A stretch of 64,000 bases of DNA from Desulfosoma sp. (lineage in GTDB: Bacteria; Desulfobacterota; Syntrophobacteria; Syntrophobacterales; DSM-9756). The DNA lies in assembly GCA_037481835.1 (NCBI GenBank), contig JBBFKW010000017.1, positions 52,459 to 116,458 of the forward strand, written 5' to 3'. The notes under the pieces were generated by a model that had not been told where the DNA came from, searched no databases, and worked only from the letters and a program-made list of their open reading frames with translations. How positions within the stretch are numbered: position 1 is the stretch's first letter; each line of letters begins with the position of its first letter. A program made the translations under genes and the position numbers. This document shows, piece after piece, positions 17,934 to 27,379 of the stretch.

Positions 17934-18644
17934 TCAGCTCCGAGACGAAGGTTCCACACTGACCAGGAGCGTCCGCCCCTGGACGGCGATCCGACCGCTT
18001 TCGCGGAGCTTTCCCATGGCCCGCGTGATGCTCACCCGGTGTGCCCCCGCGAGAAAACTTAACTCCTCGTGTGTGAGAGGAAAATGGATGGCGTAGCCCG
18101 TGGTCGTGGGCTTTCCGTGCTCCTTGGCCACGGCAACCAAAATCCTGTAGAGACGGTCTTCCAGGTTCGAAAGGGACAGACTCTCCGCCCGATCCGTCAG
18201 GAGATGGATCCTCTCACTCAAGTTTCGAATGACTTGAAGCCCGATGTTGGGGCGCTCACGCACCAAGGCCTCGAAGCGCTCCCGGGTAAACCCGCAGATG
18301 AGGGTGCGCTCCATGCACACGGCGCTCACCGGGTAGTCCGTTTCTTCGGAAAGCATCTGTTCGCCGAGAAAATCGCCCGGTTTGCGCATGTCGAGCGTGA
18401 TTTCGTGGCCGTCTTCCTGGACCTTGGAGAGCTTCACCCGCCCGGCCTTGATCAAAAACATGCGGTGCGCCGGGTCTCCCTGGTGGAAAATCATCTCCCG
18501 CGCTTGGTAAATCCGACGCTCCGCCGCCGAAACCAGCGCCAAGGTATCCTCCGGATCCAGGTTCCTGAAGAGCCACAGGTTCCCCAGGCACTCCGGACTG
18601 ACGGCCACCTCCTTGCCGAGCCATTCTTCGCACAGGCATCCCAT
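17934..18644 (-). CDS. Crp/Fnr family transcriptional regulator with N-terminal Cys residues
   Basis: cNMP-binding fold (IFHQGDPA, GRVKLSK, GDFLGE), HTH LTHEELSFLAGAHRVSITRAM, N-terminus MGCLCE...EC. Confidence 0.92.
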   Translation of the reverse strand: MGCLCEEWLGKEVAVSPECLGNLWLFRNLDPEDTLALVSAAERRIYQAREMIFHQGDPAHRMFLIKAGRVKLSKVQEDGHEITLDMRKPGDFLGEQMLSEETDYPVSAVCMERTLICGFTRERFEALVRERPNIGLQVIRNLSERIHLLTDRAESLSLSNLEDRLYRILVAVAKEHGKPTTTGYAIHFPLTHEELSFLAGAHRVSITRAMGKLRESGRIAVQGRTLLVSVEPSSRS

Positions 18645-18664
18645 GGCGGGCTCTCCAGAACGGC

Positions 18665-19219
18665 TTATCCGATGAATACCTGAAGACGGGCGCAAAAGTC
18701 CCGGACATCCACCGGTTCAATCACCAGCGGCACCTGAACCAGATCGAAAAAGTGGAGGATTTCTTCGTCGCTGAGGGGATTGAGTCCGGCATCCAGGACG
18801 AGAATTCGGTCGTAGCGCCCCAACTGGATTCTGGCGTCCACCTGGTCCCAGCCCATGACGGCCATGATTTGCGGCCAGACACGCACCCAGGCCGGCGTCA
18901 TGAGCATGGTGCGATCCTTTTCTATCTCTCGGGCTTGCGGACCGGCCAACCATTCCAGGCAGTTGCGAAAAGGGGCGGTTTCAAAGCCGCCCTCCTCGGC
19001 AATCCTTCGAAGCTCGGGATGACACCCCGCTCCGAAGACGAGGTATCGCGGCCCACTCTCTGGGGAGAGATCGTCGGACTTGCAGTGAAGGTCCTTTTCC
19101 AGTCGGTCCAGATCCGCATGGAGCGCCGCATCAACCCAGAGGATCTTAACATCCGTTCTTTCCCCGATGCAGGCCTGCAATTCATCTTCGAAAATCCGAC
19201 ACGCAATGATGGTCTTCAC
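18665..19219 (-). CDS. DUF1638-like protein
   Basis: IIACRIFEDEL, AALH, FGAGCHP, NCLEWL, MTPAW, YDRILVLD. GTG start just after the upstream stop. Confidence 0.7.
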   Translation of the reverse strand: MKTIIACRIFEDELQACIGERTDVKILWVDAALHADLDRLEKDLHCKSDDLSPESGPRYLVFGAGCHPELRRIAEEGGFETAPFRNCLEWLAGPQAREIEKDRTMLMTPAWVRVWPQIMAVMGWDQVDARIQLGRYDRILVLDAGLNPLSDEEILHFFDLVQVPLVIEPVDVRDFCARLQVFIG

Positions 19220-19227
19220 GGCCCGCC

Positions 19228-19884
19228 TCACATCATCCGCTGGGATCGCAACCGCTCCCGAAGCTCCCCGCCCACTTCCCCGGCCCGACGCCACACCTCT
19301 TCTTGATCCTCAACAGAATAGAACTTGTCCGGCGTCACGCGCGCACCTTCCCCGAAGATCCACGGGACGGCGCTCATGGGACAGGTTTCTCCGTATCCGC
19401 ATACCATGCATTCGGGGTTGCCGACAATCTTCAAGGTCTCCAGCACCATCATACCTTCCAAACGCAGGGCATGGATCATCTGCGCAGAAGCGTCCTCCAG
19501 GCCGGGTGCTCCACGCCCGATGCCCGTGGTCACGATCACGGCCAATTTGCCTCTGTTCAGGCCGTTTTGATGCCTCAAGGAAAAGAGCCTCTCCAGGAAG
19601 GCCTTCGTAAAGCCGTCCACCGCCCCGTAAGGGGCATAGCCTCCCACGACCAGGGCGGACGCCTTTCGGACCTTTTCCGCCAGCGGCGGGAAATCGTCGG
19701 AGACTTTGCAAACGTTGTCCTTCTTGCAACCAAGGCAAGCGATACAGGGTCGAACGTTGAGACGACTCAGTTTGATGAACTCGTAGGCCAATCCGCTGGA
19801 CTCCAAGACTTTCAACACCAAGCGGTCCGTGTTGCTGTTCTTGATCGGGCTTCCTGAAATTCCAACAATCGGGACATGGGTCAT
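19228..19884 (-). CDS. Iron-sulfur flavoprotein / NADPH-dependent FMN reductase family
   Basis: GISGSPIKNSNT FMN loop, CIACLGCKKDNVC...DD, additional CMVCGYGETC motif. Confidence 0.88.
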   Translation of the reverse strand: MTHVPIVGISGSPIKNSNTDRLVLKVLESSGLAYEFIKLSRLNVRPCIACLGCKKDNVCKVSDDFPPLAEKVRKASALVVGGYAPYGAVDGFTKAFLERLFSLRHQNGLNRGKLAVIVTTGIGRGAPGLEDASAQMIHALRLEGMMVLETLKIVGNPECMVCGYGETCPMSAVPWIFGEGARVTPDKFYSVEDQEEVWRRAGEVGGELRERLRSQRMM

Positions 19885-19955
19885 ATCGCTTTCTCCCGCA
19901 CGTTCTTTTACTGAGTACGTCGAGGGGGGCGCCGCGGCGAGCCCCCCGGAACCGG

Positions 19956-20090
19956 TCACTTCTTTTCGTCCTTTTCCTTGTTCTTCTCTTCAGCCAGCAC
20001 CACTTTCCTGCCGCATAGGTCGCATCGACCGTCTTCCGTGATGCACGGCTGACGCGGCGCCTCACCTCCGCAGATTCCGCACTTCGGCAT
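19956..20090 (-). CDS. 44-aa Cys-rich microprotein (absent from the ORF track)
   Basis: Translated by hand: MPKCGICGGEAPRQPCITEDGRCDLCGRKVVLAEEKNKEKDEKK. RBS AAAGGAGGTGA lies 6 nt before ATG. GC hairpin at 19924-19947 follows the stop. Confidence 0.75.
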   Translation of the reverse strand: MPKCGICGGEAPRQPCITEDGRCDLCGRKVVLAEEKNKEKDEKK

Positions 20091-20251
20091 GGCAAATCAC
20101 CTCCTTTCTCACGTTCGTTCCGGCATGCCGTGATATAGGTTCTAGACGGAAGACACGAGCTTTTCCGTAGCAAGGGCTACACACAATGCATTTGGGAGGA
20201 ATCCTTAAAGGAGGGCTTGGATGATTCTTCTCTAGTCGGGGCTATGACGAA

Positions 20252-20317
20252 CGGGCATAAGACACACCCTTATAAGAAGGCAGTGACGTCTTGGGTAGGG
20301 CGGGGTTTGTCCGCCCG
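20252..20317. repeat. Degenerate GTAG-type REP doublet
   Basis: GTAGGGCGGGGTTTGTCCGCCCG at 20295-20317 with a weak inverted partner at 20252-20274. Related sequences at 11425-11450 and 50823-50848. Confidence 0.5.
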
Positions 20318-20384
20318 CTCAGCGTGCGGCAATAGGGAATCCAATAAAAGAATCCAGCCGTTTGGCTTAAAGATAGTCCAACTG

Positions 20385-20579
20385 CTACTCTTCCCAGTGG
20401 ATGCATTCGGCCGGACAGGTCGCGATCGCCTCCTCGGTGCAGTCCTCATCCCCTCCCTCAGCAAGGATCACGTGGGCCTTTTCGGCCTCCTCGTCGAATC
20501 CGAACACCTCCGGACACAGTTCCACACAGCTTTCGCAACCGATGCATTCTTCCGTTTTAATGTATACCTTCTTGGTCAT
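20385..20579 (-). CDS. fdx: Single-cluster ferredoxin
   Basis: 64 aa, acidic, CIGCESCVELCP...CPAECI. RBS GGAGG. Confidence 0.95.
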   Translation of the reverse strand: MTKKVYIKTEECIGCESCVELCPEVFGFDEEAEKAHVILAEGGDEDCTEEAIATCPAECIHWEE

Positions 20580-20664
20580 GGTTTCCTCCAAACTTGAATC
20601 AACGCTGAATTTGGTTAGAGTTTGGTATTTTCAATATCTAACACTGCACATTTTTCAGGAATAT

Positions 20665-21225
20665 CTATCCCAAGCCGAAGTAATGACGACCTAATTCATG
20701 CAAAAACTCGTGGAACTCTTCGTGTTTTCCAGCCCCAACGCGTTCATTTTCGATGCGTTCGAATGCCTCCAGGAGCCTGCCGTCTTCGGCTGCATCCAGG
20801 TTCGCCTCCGCCATCACAAAAAGGACGGTGTTTTCCTTCGCTATATGCTGTGTCAAAAGCTCCACATAGCTGCCCATGCGGCTCTTGATGATGTCTGCTG
20901 CGGATTTGTCATCCGATGGATAGTTTTTTACGGCGTCTCGGAGTTCGGAAACGATCCTGCGCCCTTCTTCGTGCTCGGCAAGCAAGACCCCTATCGGGCC
21001 TCCATCCCTTGGAATGCCGCTTGCCTCCAAGGCCGGGAACAGAAATTCCTCTTCTTTTCCATGGTGGCACTTATCCACAAATATCGACAGAAACTCCATG
21101 ATGCCGTCAAGGTGCCGGACATCCACCTGTTCACCGTGAGAGAGTTTTTTTGATACCGCCTGCAGGACCTGCAGCATCACCATTATCCCTTCGTGTTCTT
21201 TCCTGAGGTCTTCGGTGGCTTTCAT
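20665..21225 (-). CDS. Hemerythrin HHE-domain protein
   Basis: LRKEH, DKCHHGKEEEFLFP, LAEHEEGR, QHIAKENTVLF. Confidence 0.92.
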   Translation of the reverse strand: MKATEDLRKEHEGIMVMLQVLQAVSKKLSHGEQVDVRHLDGIMEFLSIFVDKCHHGKEEEFLFPALEASGIPRDGGPIGVLLAEHEEGRRIVSELRDAVKNYPSDDKSAADIIKSRMGSYVELLTQHIAKENTVLFVMAEANLDAAEDGRLLEAFERIENERVGAGKHEEFHEFLHELGRHYFGLG

Positions 21226-21299
21226 GCGTGCCTCCTTTCGTTCAAGGATTCTTGACTCTCAGAGTCCGGCCTTTTCGGTCGACCGACATGAGGCCCTCC

Positions 21300-21470
21300 T
21301 TACCATTTTCGAAGATGCACACTGGGCGCCGCATCTTTCAGCCAATAATCCGCCTGCAATCGGTCCTTGCTCATAGCCCGAGGCCATACGCGATCCACCA
21401 GGATCCGCGTTCCGTCGTCGTCGCCCAAAGGCTCAAAGACACGTTTCGTACGTATGTTCAACGGCACCAC
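21300..21470 (-). pseudogene. Truncated DUF488/YeaO-family gene
   Basis: IRTKRVFEP...[17 protein letters not shown]...[14 protein letters not shown] then TAA. The C-terminal half is absent. Confidence 0.8.
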
Positions 21471-21544
21471 CCTTCGCCGTTTCAGCACGGGAAGGAAATC
21501 ACAGGGGCTCTGGGGGGCATGAAAGCCGCTTCCAGATGCTTGCC

Positions 21545-22723
21545 TCACATCAAACCGTGTTCCCTGTGCCTTTGGGCTATTGCCTCGGCAAGGCGGGTGA
21601 GGGCCGCGTAATCGGGCTCTTTCGGCAGCCCCTTGCACAGAACCGGGTCCAGCACCTCCACTTTCAGGTTGGGAATCATTCCCGCCAGGGTTTCCACCGT
21701 CTTTCCGCCCCAGCCGTAGGATCCCACAATGGAGAGGAACCGCGCCTTGGGCCGCAGGGCGTTGGCCAAGAACACCGCGTACACGGCCAACGGGTGGGGA
21801 CCGGCCAGCACCGTGGGGGTGCCCACCACGATCGTGGCGCCGTCCACCAGGGCCTCGGCCAGCTTGCCGATGTCCGTCACCGCAAGATTAAAGAGATCCA
21901 CACGAATCCCGTACCCCACCAGGGCATCCGTCAGGTGATCGACCATTTTTCGGGTGCTGCCGTGCATGGACACGAAAGGAAAAACCACAGCGTTGTGGGG
22001 CGTCGGAGAAAGCCAATCTCGATGGGCTTCCAGGATCCAGGCCGGGTCCCCGTAAACCTGGCCGTGGCTCGGGGCGATCATTCCGATATCGTAACCGGCG
22101 ACCTTCTCCACATTCTTGGCGATCACGGCGCGAAACGGCATCATGATCTCGGCGAAGTACCGTTTGGCCGCTTCGTAGACCCGGCCCCGGTCGGTGACGA
22201 AAAGATCGGTGGTGGCGATATGGGCGCCGAAAAAGTCGCAGCTGAAGAGAATTCGATCCTCCGCCAGGTAGCTCACCGTGGTCTCGGGCCAGTGCACCCA
22301 GGGGGTGTGCAGAAACTTCAGGGTTTTGTCCCCTAGGGACAGCGTCTCCCCGTCTTCCACGGTGACCAGAACGTCCTCGGAAAGGTTCAGCAAATCCATG
22401 AGCAGGCCCTTGGCCTTTGGGGTGGCAACCACCTTGGCCTCGGGAAAGCGGGCCAGCACCGCCGGGATGGTCCCGGAATGGTCCTGCTCCGCATGGTGCG
22501 AAACGATGAAATCGACCTTGGAGACATCCTCCAGTTGTGCCAGAAGTTGGTCGGACTTGGAGGGATCGACGGTATCCAGAAGAGCCGTCTTCTCGCTTCC
22601 TTCCACCAGGTAGGCATTGTAGGTAGTGCCGTCCGGCAGCGGAATCAGCGAATCGAACAGGCGACTGTCCCAGTCCACCGCGCCCATCCAGGAAACCCCT
22701 TCGGTGATTTTTCTCCTGCGCAT
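21545..22723 (-). CDS. fprA: Flavodiiron protein (FprA, A-type flavoprotein)
   Basis: [44 protein letters not shown] flavodoxin domain, GSYGWGG. Confidence 0.95.
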   Translation of the reverse strand: MRRRKITEGVSWMGAVDWDSRLFDSLIPLPDGTTYNAYLVEGSEKTALLDTVDPSKSDQLLAQLEDVSKVDFIVSHHAEQDHSGTIPAVLARFPEAKVVATPKAKGLLMDLLNLSEDVLVTVEDGETLSLGDKTLKFLHTPWVHWPETTVSYLAEDRILFSCDFFGAHIATTDLFVTDRGRVYEAAKRYFAEIMMPFRAVIAKNVEKVAGYDIGMIAPSHGQVYGDPAWILEAHRDWLSPTPHNAVVFPFVSMHGSTRKMVDHLTDALVGYGIRVDLFNLAVTDIGKLAEALVDGATIVVGTPTVLAGPHPLAVYAVFLANALRPKARFLSIVGSYGWGGKTVETLAGMIPNLKVEVLDPVLCKGLPKEPDYAALTRLAEAIAQRHREHGLM

Positions 22724-22762
22724 GCGTCTTTCTCCGTTTTGCAGGGTGTGAGGCCACGGCTC

Positions 22763-22792
22763 CAACCATGTGAATGTGCATTCACATGGTTG
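22763..22792. promoter_or_regulatory. Perfect 14-bp-arm inverted repeat upstream of fprA, probable operator
   Basis: CAACCATGTGAATG-TG-CATTCACATGGTTG, about 40 bp upstream of the fprA ATG. Confidence 0.7.
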
Positions 22793-23174
22793 AAACATAG
22801 ACATCCGCGCCGGCCGGAGCAAGCAACAAACTGGCTCCTCGCCATTTTTTTCAGCGTGGCGGCAATCGAGGTCCTGCGTTGCCCGTGGGAGTCGGGGGCT
22901 TTCGCGCTCGTTGGCCTGGTCAAATTAAACTGGTGGGCACGGGAGCCCATAAGACGGGAGGTGAGGCGTGCTCGAGATGGACGGATGCGAGCAAATTGGA
23001 ACGGGTGTCCTTCTCAAAATCATCGGAAAAACATAACGACACAGATCGGCCCCTGGCGAACAGCCCTTGGGCATGATGGATCGCCGTCCAGGGCGGGCAA
23101 AATTGTTTCAAGTTCGGGCCTCTTTATGCCGTTGACTTACCTGTATGAACCTCAGCGGATGGAAAGGACGGCCC

Positions 23175-24299
23175 ATGGGAACGAACAATGTGGTCTTTTT
23201 GGAGGTCATCGAGTGGTTCGACCCTACCGGGAAGGACATGCTCCATCGCATCCCGGAAGAAGGATCAGGAGAAATCAAATTCGGCGCGCAACTCATCGTG
23301 CGGGAAAGCCAAGCGGCGGTGCTCTTTTATCAAGGCAAGGCCGTCGCCGCTTTCGGTCCGGGACGGCATACGCTGCACACGGCCAATATCCCCGTTTTGA
23401 CCAAGATTCTCAGCTTTCCCTGGGGATTTACCATCCCGCTTCGCGCCGAAGTCTATTTTCTCAACACCAAGGTTTTTACAAACCTCAAGTGGGGAACCCG
23501 CGACCCCGTGGCCTTCAAGGACGCTTCCTTGGGTCTCATTCGGCTTCGAGCCCATGGGGTCGTGAACGTGCGGATCGTCCAGCCCCTTCTTTTCATCAAC
23601 AGGCTTGTGGGCACCCTGGGCCGTTTCACCACGGAGGATGTGGAGGAATACTTGAGCCGCGTGATCGTCTCGCGCCTCAATGACCTCATGGGCGAGGAAC
23701 TCACCAGCATCTTGGATCTTCCCGGCCGCTACGACGCCTGGGCGGAACGACTCAAGGCGCGCCTCGCAGAGGACGCCTCTCACTTCGGCATGGCCCTCAC
23801 CCACCTCTACATCAACGCCATCACGCCCCCCGAAGAGGTCCAACGGGCCATCGACGATCGGAGCAAACTGGGCGTCTTTGACGATTTGAACAAGCTCCTC
23901 AAACTCAAGGCAGCCTCAGCCATGGAAAAAGCCGCGGAAAACCCGGGAACGGGTGGCGAAGCCGCAGGCATCGGACTCGCCTTCATGATCCCGGGCCTCA
24001 TGGCTGAAGCCCTTCGCGAACGGAAAGCCGATCCCGGCCCCGGCCCCGCAGGGCCTCACTGCCCCGACTGCGGCCGCACGGTGCCGCAAGAGGCGCAATT
24101 TTGTCCCTACTGCGGGCACCACCTGGTCGTGTTCAATCAGTGCCCTTACTGCGGCAAAAACCTGACGCCCAACGCCCGATTCTGCCCGCGCTGCGGGAAC
24201 GCCGTTTCGAAAGAGCTTCTGGAAAAGAAATGCACGCGTTGCGGCGCGTCCAATCTGCCTCAGGCCGTCTTTTGCGATCAGTGCGGTGAACGGCTCTAG
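23175..24299 (+). CDS. SPFH/Band-7 (YdjI-like) protein with three C-terminal zinc ribbons
   Basis: GAQLIVRESQAAV, FGPGRHTL.TANIP, KWGT.DP, IRLRAHG, then three CxxCG-x9-FCxxCG units. Confidence 0.88.
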   Translation: MGTNNVVFLEVIEWFDPTGKDMLHRIPEEGSGEIKFGAQLIVRESQAAVLFYQGKAVAAFGPGRHTLHTANIPVLTKILSFPWGFTIPLRAEVYFLNTKVFTNLKWGTRDPVAFKDASLGLIRLRAHGVVNVRIVQPLLFINRLVGTLGRFTTEDVEEYLSRVIVSRLNDLMGEELTSILDLPGRYDAWAERLKARLAEDASHFGMALTHLYINAITPPEEVQRAIDDRSKLGVFDDLNKLLKLKAASAMEKAAENPGTGGEAAGIGLAFMIPGLMAEALRERKADPGPGPAGPHCPDCGRTVPQEAQFCPYCGHHLVVFNQCPYCGKNLTPNARFCPRCGNAVSKELLEKKCTRCGASNLPQAVFCDQCGERL

Positions 24300-25530
24300 C
24301 GTCCCTATTCACCACCCGTGCCCTCAGTGCGGCGGTCGCGTGACCCTGGAAGATACGGATCGTCTCTTCCAGTGCCCGTATTGCCGCATCCGGCTCGTGC
24401 TCCGCTCGAGCCCGCACTGGACCTACGTCCTTCCCGCCGCCGAACCCTACCGGTTCCGTCCCCTCGTTTACGTGCCCTACTGGCGGTTTCGAGGCCTGGT
24501 CTTCGCTCTGGATGCGTCCGATGTCACCGACAGAATCCTGGATACCAGCGCCCCGGCCGTTGCCGCCTCCGGCCTTCCTCCGTCTCTCGGCCTTCGCCCC
24601 CAAGCCATGGCGCTCAGGTTTTACGATCCCAATGACCCCGGAACGTTCCTCGAGCCGACCGTCACCTTACCCTCCTTCCTGCACTCTCTGGGGAGTGGTC
24701 TCAGAGGCCGCCTGAAAGGCGCGGCTGCTCAAATCTATTCCCAGGCTTTTATCGGCGAAAGCGTGAGCGTGATCTACACGCCGTTTTTCGAACAAGAGGG
24801 GCGGCTATGCGACGCCGTCACCGGGCGCGCCTTGGGACCGTGGCCTGACGGGCTTGCCCGTGAGGCCACGGTCTCAAAGGCGCACAGCCGGATCCTCTTC
24901 GTTCCCACCCTGTGTCCGGATTGCGGTGGCGATCTTGACGGGGAAAGGGACGCCGTCGTCCTTCGGTGCCGCACATGCGGCGGCTTCTGGGAAACGAGCG
25001 GTTCGAGCTTCCACAGGGTGGAAGCGACGTTTTGCCCCGCTGCGGGAGGCGAAGCCGTTTGGATTCCCTTCTGGGAACTGGAAGCAGCGTGTCACGGGTT
25101 TTCCTTGGAAACGTTCGGCGATTTCGTCAGCCTGGCCCGAATCCCCACGCACCTTGTTCCACAGAAGGCTGCCCGGCCTTTTCGCTTCCGGATCCCCGCC
25201 TTTAAAGTCGCCCCGCGATTTTTCCTTCGCTTAGCCCGGGCGGCCACCATCGGGCAAACCGACACCCCCGCATCGGAGGCACTTCCCGACGCGCCCTTGT
25301 ACCCGGTGACCCTCCCTTCCGTGGAAGCCTTCCAGGCATGCCCCATCCTTCTGGGTGCCGCGAGCCCCGCCAAGGAAGAGCTCTTCCCAAAAATCCGCCA
25401 AGGGCGCATGGCCTTTCACGGAAAGCGCTTGGGCTACCTTCCTCTAAGGCGCCTTAGCGCCGAATGGGTCTTGGACGCCTTCGGCTTTACACTCCCCCTC
25501 AATGCCCTCCGCTGGGGCCGCACCCTCTGA
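24286..25530 (+). CDS. Zinc-ribbon protein (YdjG-like), internally duplicated
   Basis: CPQCGG..CPYC..YVPYW and CPDCGG..CRTC..WIPFW. Overlaps the stop of the SPFH gene. Confidence 0.7.
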   Translation: MNGSSVPIHHPCPQCGGRVTLEDTDRLFQCPYCRIRLVLRSSPHWTYVLPAAEPYRFRPLVYVPYWRFRGLVFALDASDVTDRILDTSAPAVAASGLPPSLGLRPQAMALRFYDPNDPGTFLEPTVTLPSFLHSLGSGLRGRLKGAAAQIYSQAFIGESVSVIYTPFFEQEGRLCDAVTGRALGPWPDGLAREATVSKAHSRILFVPTLCPDCGGDLDGERDAVVLRCRTCGGFWETSGSSFHRVEATFCPAAGGEAVWIPFWELEAACHGFSLETFGDFVSLARIPTHLVPQKAARPFRFRIPAFKVAPRFFLRLARAATIGQTDTPASEALPDAPLYPVTLPSVEAFQACPILLGAASPAKEELFPKIRQGRMAFHGKRLGYLPLRRLSAEWVLDAFGFTLPLNALRWGRTL

Positions 25531-25620
25531 AAGGGAAGATCGGTTCGGGCAGAACCTGGACTCCCGGTGTCCGTTCAAACCCACGACCCGCTTGGAAGGC
25601 GCGGTGCGCACAAGAGCGGC

Positions 25621-27273
25621 TCAGGAAAACAAGCTGCCGTAGTGGCGCCGGAGATCCCTCTTGAGGATTTTTCCCGTGGGGGTCTTGGGCAAGGCTTCCA
25701 CGACGACGACGGCTTTCGGCACCTTGAAACCCGCCAATTCCTGCTTGCACAGCGCAATGATTTCTTCCTCCGAGATCGTCTCGCCGGCCTTGGGGACGAC
25801 GATGGCCGTGACCGCCTCCACCCATTTGGGGTGCGGCACGCCGATCACCGCGACTTCCGAAACCCGCGGGTCTTGGTAGATCACTTCTTCGACTTCCCGG
25901 GTGGAAACGTTTTCGCCGCCTGTTTTCACCATGTCCTTTTTGCGGTCCACCACGGTGATGTAGCGATCATGGTCGTAGACCCCCACGTCTCCCGAATGGA
26001 ACCAGCCGCCTGCCATGGCGTCTTCCGTCTTTTCGGGATCCTTGAAGTACATGAGCATGACGTGCGGACCGCGGCCGCAGATTTCGCCGGGAATGCCGGG
26101 ACCGTGTACCGGGCGGCACAGGTCGTCCAGGAGCACCGTTTCCATGTTCAGGCCGCCCATGCCCGCCGACCCGGGTTTGGTCAGCTGATCGGCCGGCTTG
26201 AGGATGGTGTGGTACGGGGACAGTTCCGTCTGGCCGTAGTAGTTGTAGAGGCGGCGGCAGGAGGGGAGCCGTCTCTGGATTTCCTTGAGGATTTCCACGG
26301 GCATGATGGATGCTCCGTAATAGCCTTTCTGCACCGAGGAAAGATCTCTTTTTTCGAAATCGGGGTGGCGAAGCAGGCCGATCCAGACCGTCGGGGGCGC
26401 GAAGAAAACCGTCGCCCGATGTTCCTCGATCTTCTGCAGGATCGTGGGCACGTCGGCCGTGGGGAGGAGCACGTTGGTGGCGCCGAGCCACAGGAACGGG
26501 GTGAGGAACACGTCCCGCTGGGCGCAATGGAAAATGGGCAGCGCATTGAGGTTCACGTCTTCGGGGCTGTATTCCCCGTCCACAATGCAGCCCATGTATT
26601 GAGCCATGAGAGACTGGTTCGTGAGCACCACGCCCTTGGGAAGGGATTCGGTGCCGCTGGTGTAGGTCATCTGTACGGGATCTTCGATGAAGAGTTCCAC
26701 ATCGGGTTCTTCGGCGGATTGTGCGTCGACCCAGGCATCGAAGTCGAGCCATCCGTCGGGAGCCGCTCGCCCCGCTCCTTGATTGGACCAGATCCTATGG
26801 GCCACGGTGGGCATATCGTCCAGGACCCCGTCCACCAATTCCGCCAGGGCGTCTTCCACGATGAAGAAGCGCGCTTCCGAATGGTTGATGCAATAGGCGA
26901 TGTCTTTCCCGCGAAGGAGGTAGTTGATGGCCAGGTAGATGCCGCCGGCTTTCGCCGTGCCGAGCCACGTGAGGACATGGTGAATGGTGTTGTGCGCCAG
27001 GATGGCGACGCGATCGAAGCGCTTCAGCCCGAGATGGAGCAGCCCCTGGGCCACCCGGTTGGTGGCTTCGTCCAGTTGGGCGTAGGTGAGCACCCGATCG
27101 CCGAAGATCAAGGCGGGCTTTTCCGGATAGCGGTAGGCGCTGCGCCGCACGAGGTCCGCGATGACCCAGCGCGTGATCCGGTTGTAGCGCGAGCGCAGAA
27201 AGGCGATGCTCTCCCGGTCGAACCGATGGTAGTGTCTCTTGGCATCCTCCGTGAGCGGATTCCTTTGAAACAT
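25621..27273 (-). CDS. Fatty acyl-CoA synthetase
   Basis: YTSGTESLPKG, YYGQTE, WFHSGD, DRKKDMVKTGGENV, PKTPTGKILK. Confidence 0.95.
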   Translation of the reverse strand: MFQRNPLTEDAKRHYHRFDRESIAFLRSRYNRITRWVIADLVRRSAYRYPEKPALIFGDRVLTYAQLDEATNRVAQGLLHLGLKRFDRVAILAHNTIHHVLTWLGTAKAGGIYLAINYLLRGKDIAYCINHSEARFFIVEDALAELVDGVLDDMPTVAHRIWSNQGAGRAAPDGWLDFDAWVDAQSAEEPDVELFIEDPVQMTYTSGTESLPKGVVLTNQSLMAQYMGCIVDGEYSPEDVNLNALPIFHCAQRDVFLTPFLWLGATNVLLPTADVPTILQKIEEHRATVFFAPPTVWIGLLRHPDFEKRDLSSVQKGYYGASIMPVEILKEIQRRLPSCRRLYNYYGQTELSPYHTILKPADQLTKPGSAGMGGLNMETVLLDDLCRPVHGPGIPGEICGRGPHVMLMYFKDPEKTEDAMAGGWFHSGDVGVYDHDRYITVVDRKKDMVKTGGENVSTREVEEVIYQDPRVSEVAVIGVPHPKWVEAVTAIVVPKAGETISEEEIIALCKQELAGFKVPKAVVVVEALPKTPTGKILKRDLRRHYGSLFS

Positions 27274-27379
27274 GAGCCTTCTCCTTTGTCCCTGGGGTCC
27301 ATCGTCCGCGGGCCGCCGCTCGACGGCGATCCCCGCCGCCGGCTGTGATCTCATCGGCCGGTCCCGATTCGTAAAAATT

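Noticed and set aside
19924..19958. TGA followed by a hairpin at the end of the 44-aa microprotein as a SECIS
   Set aside because: The TGA follows a charged tail, and read-through adds only about 15 hairpin-encoded residues before TAA. A normal stop with a 3' stem is more likely.
22968..23036. 22-codon plus-strand ORF after GGGAGGTGA
   Set aside because: Very short, no motif, and the spacing of the RBS to the GTG is tight; cannot be supported.
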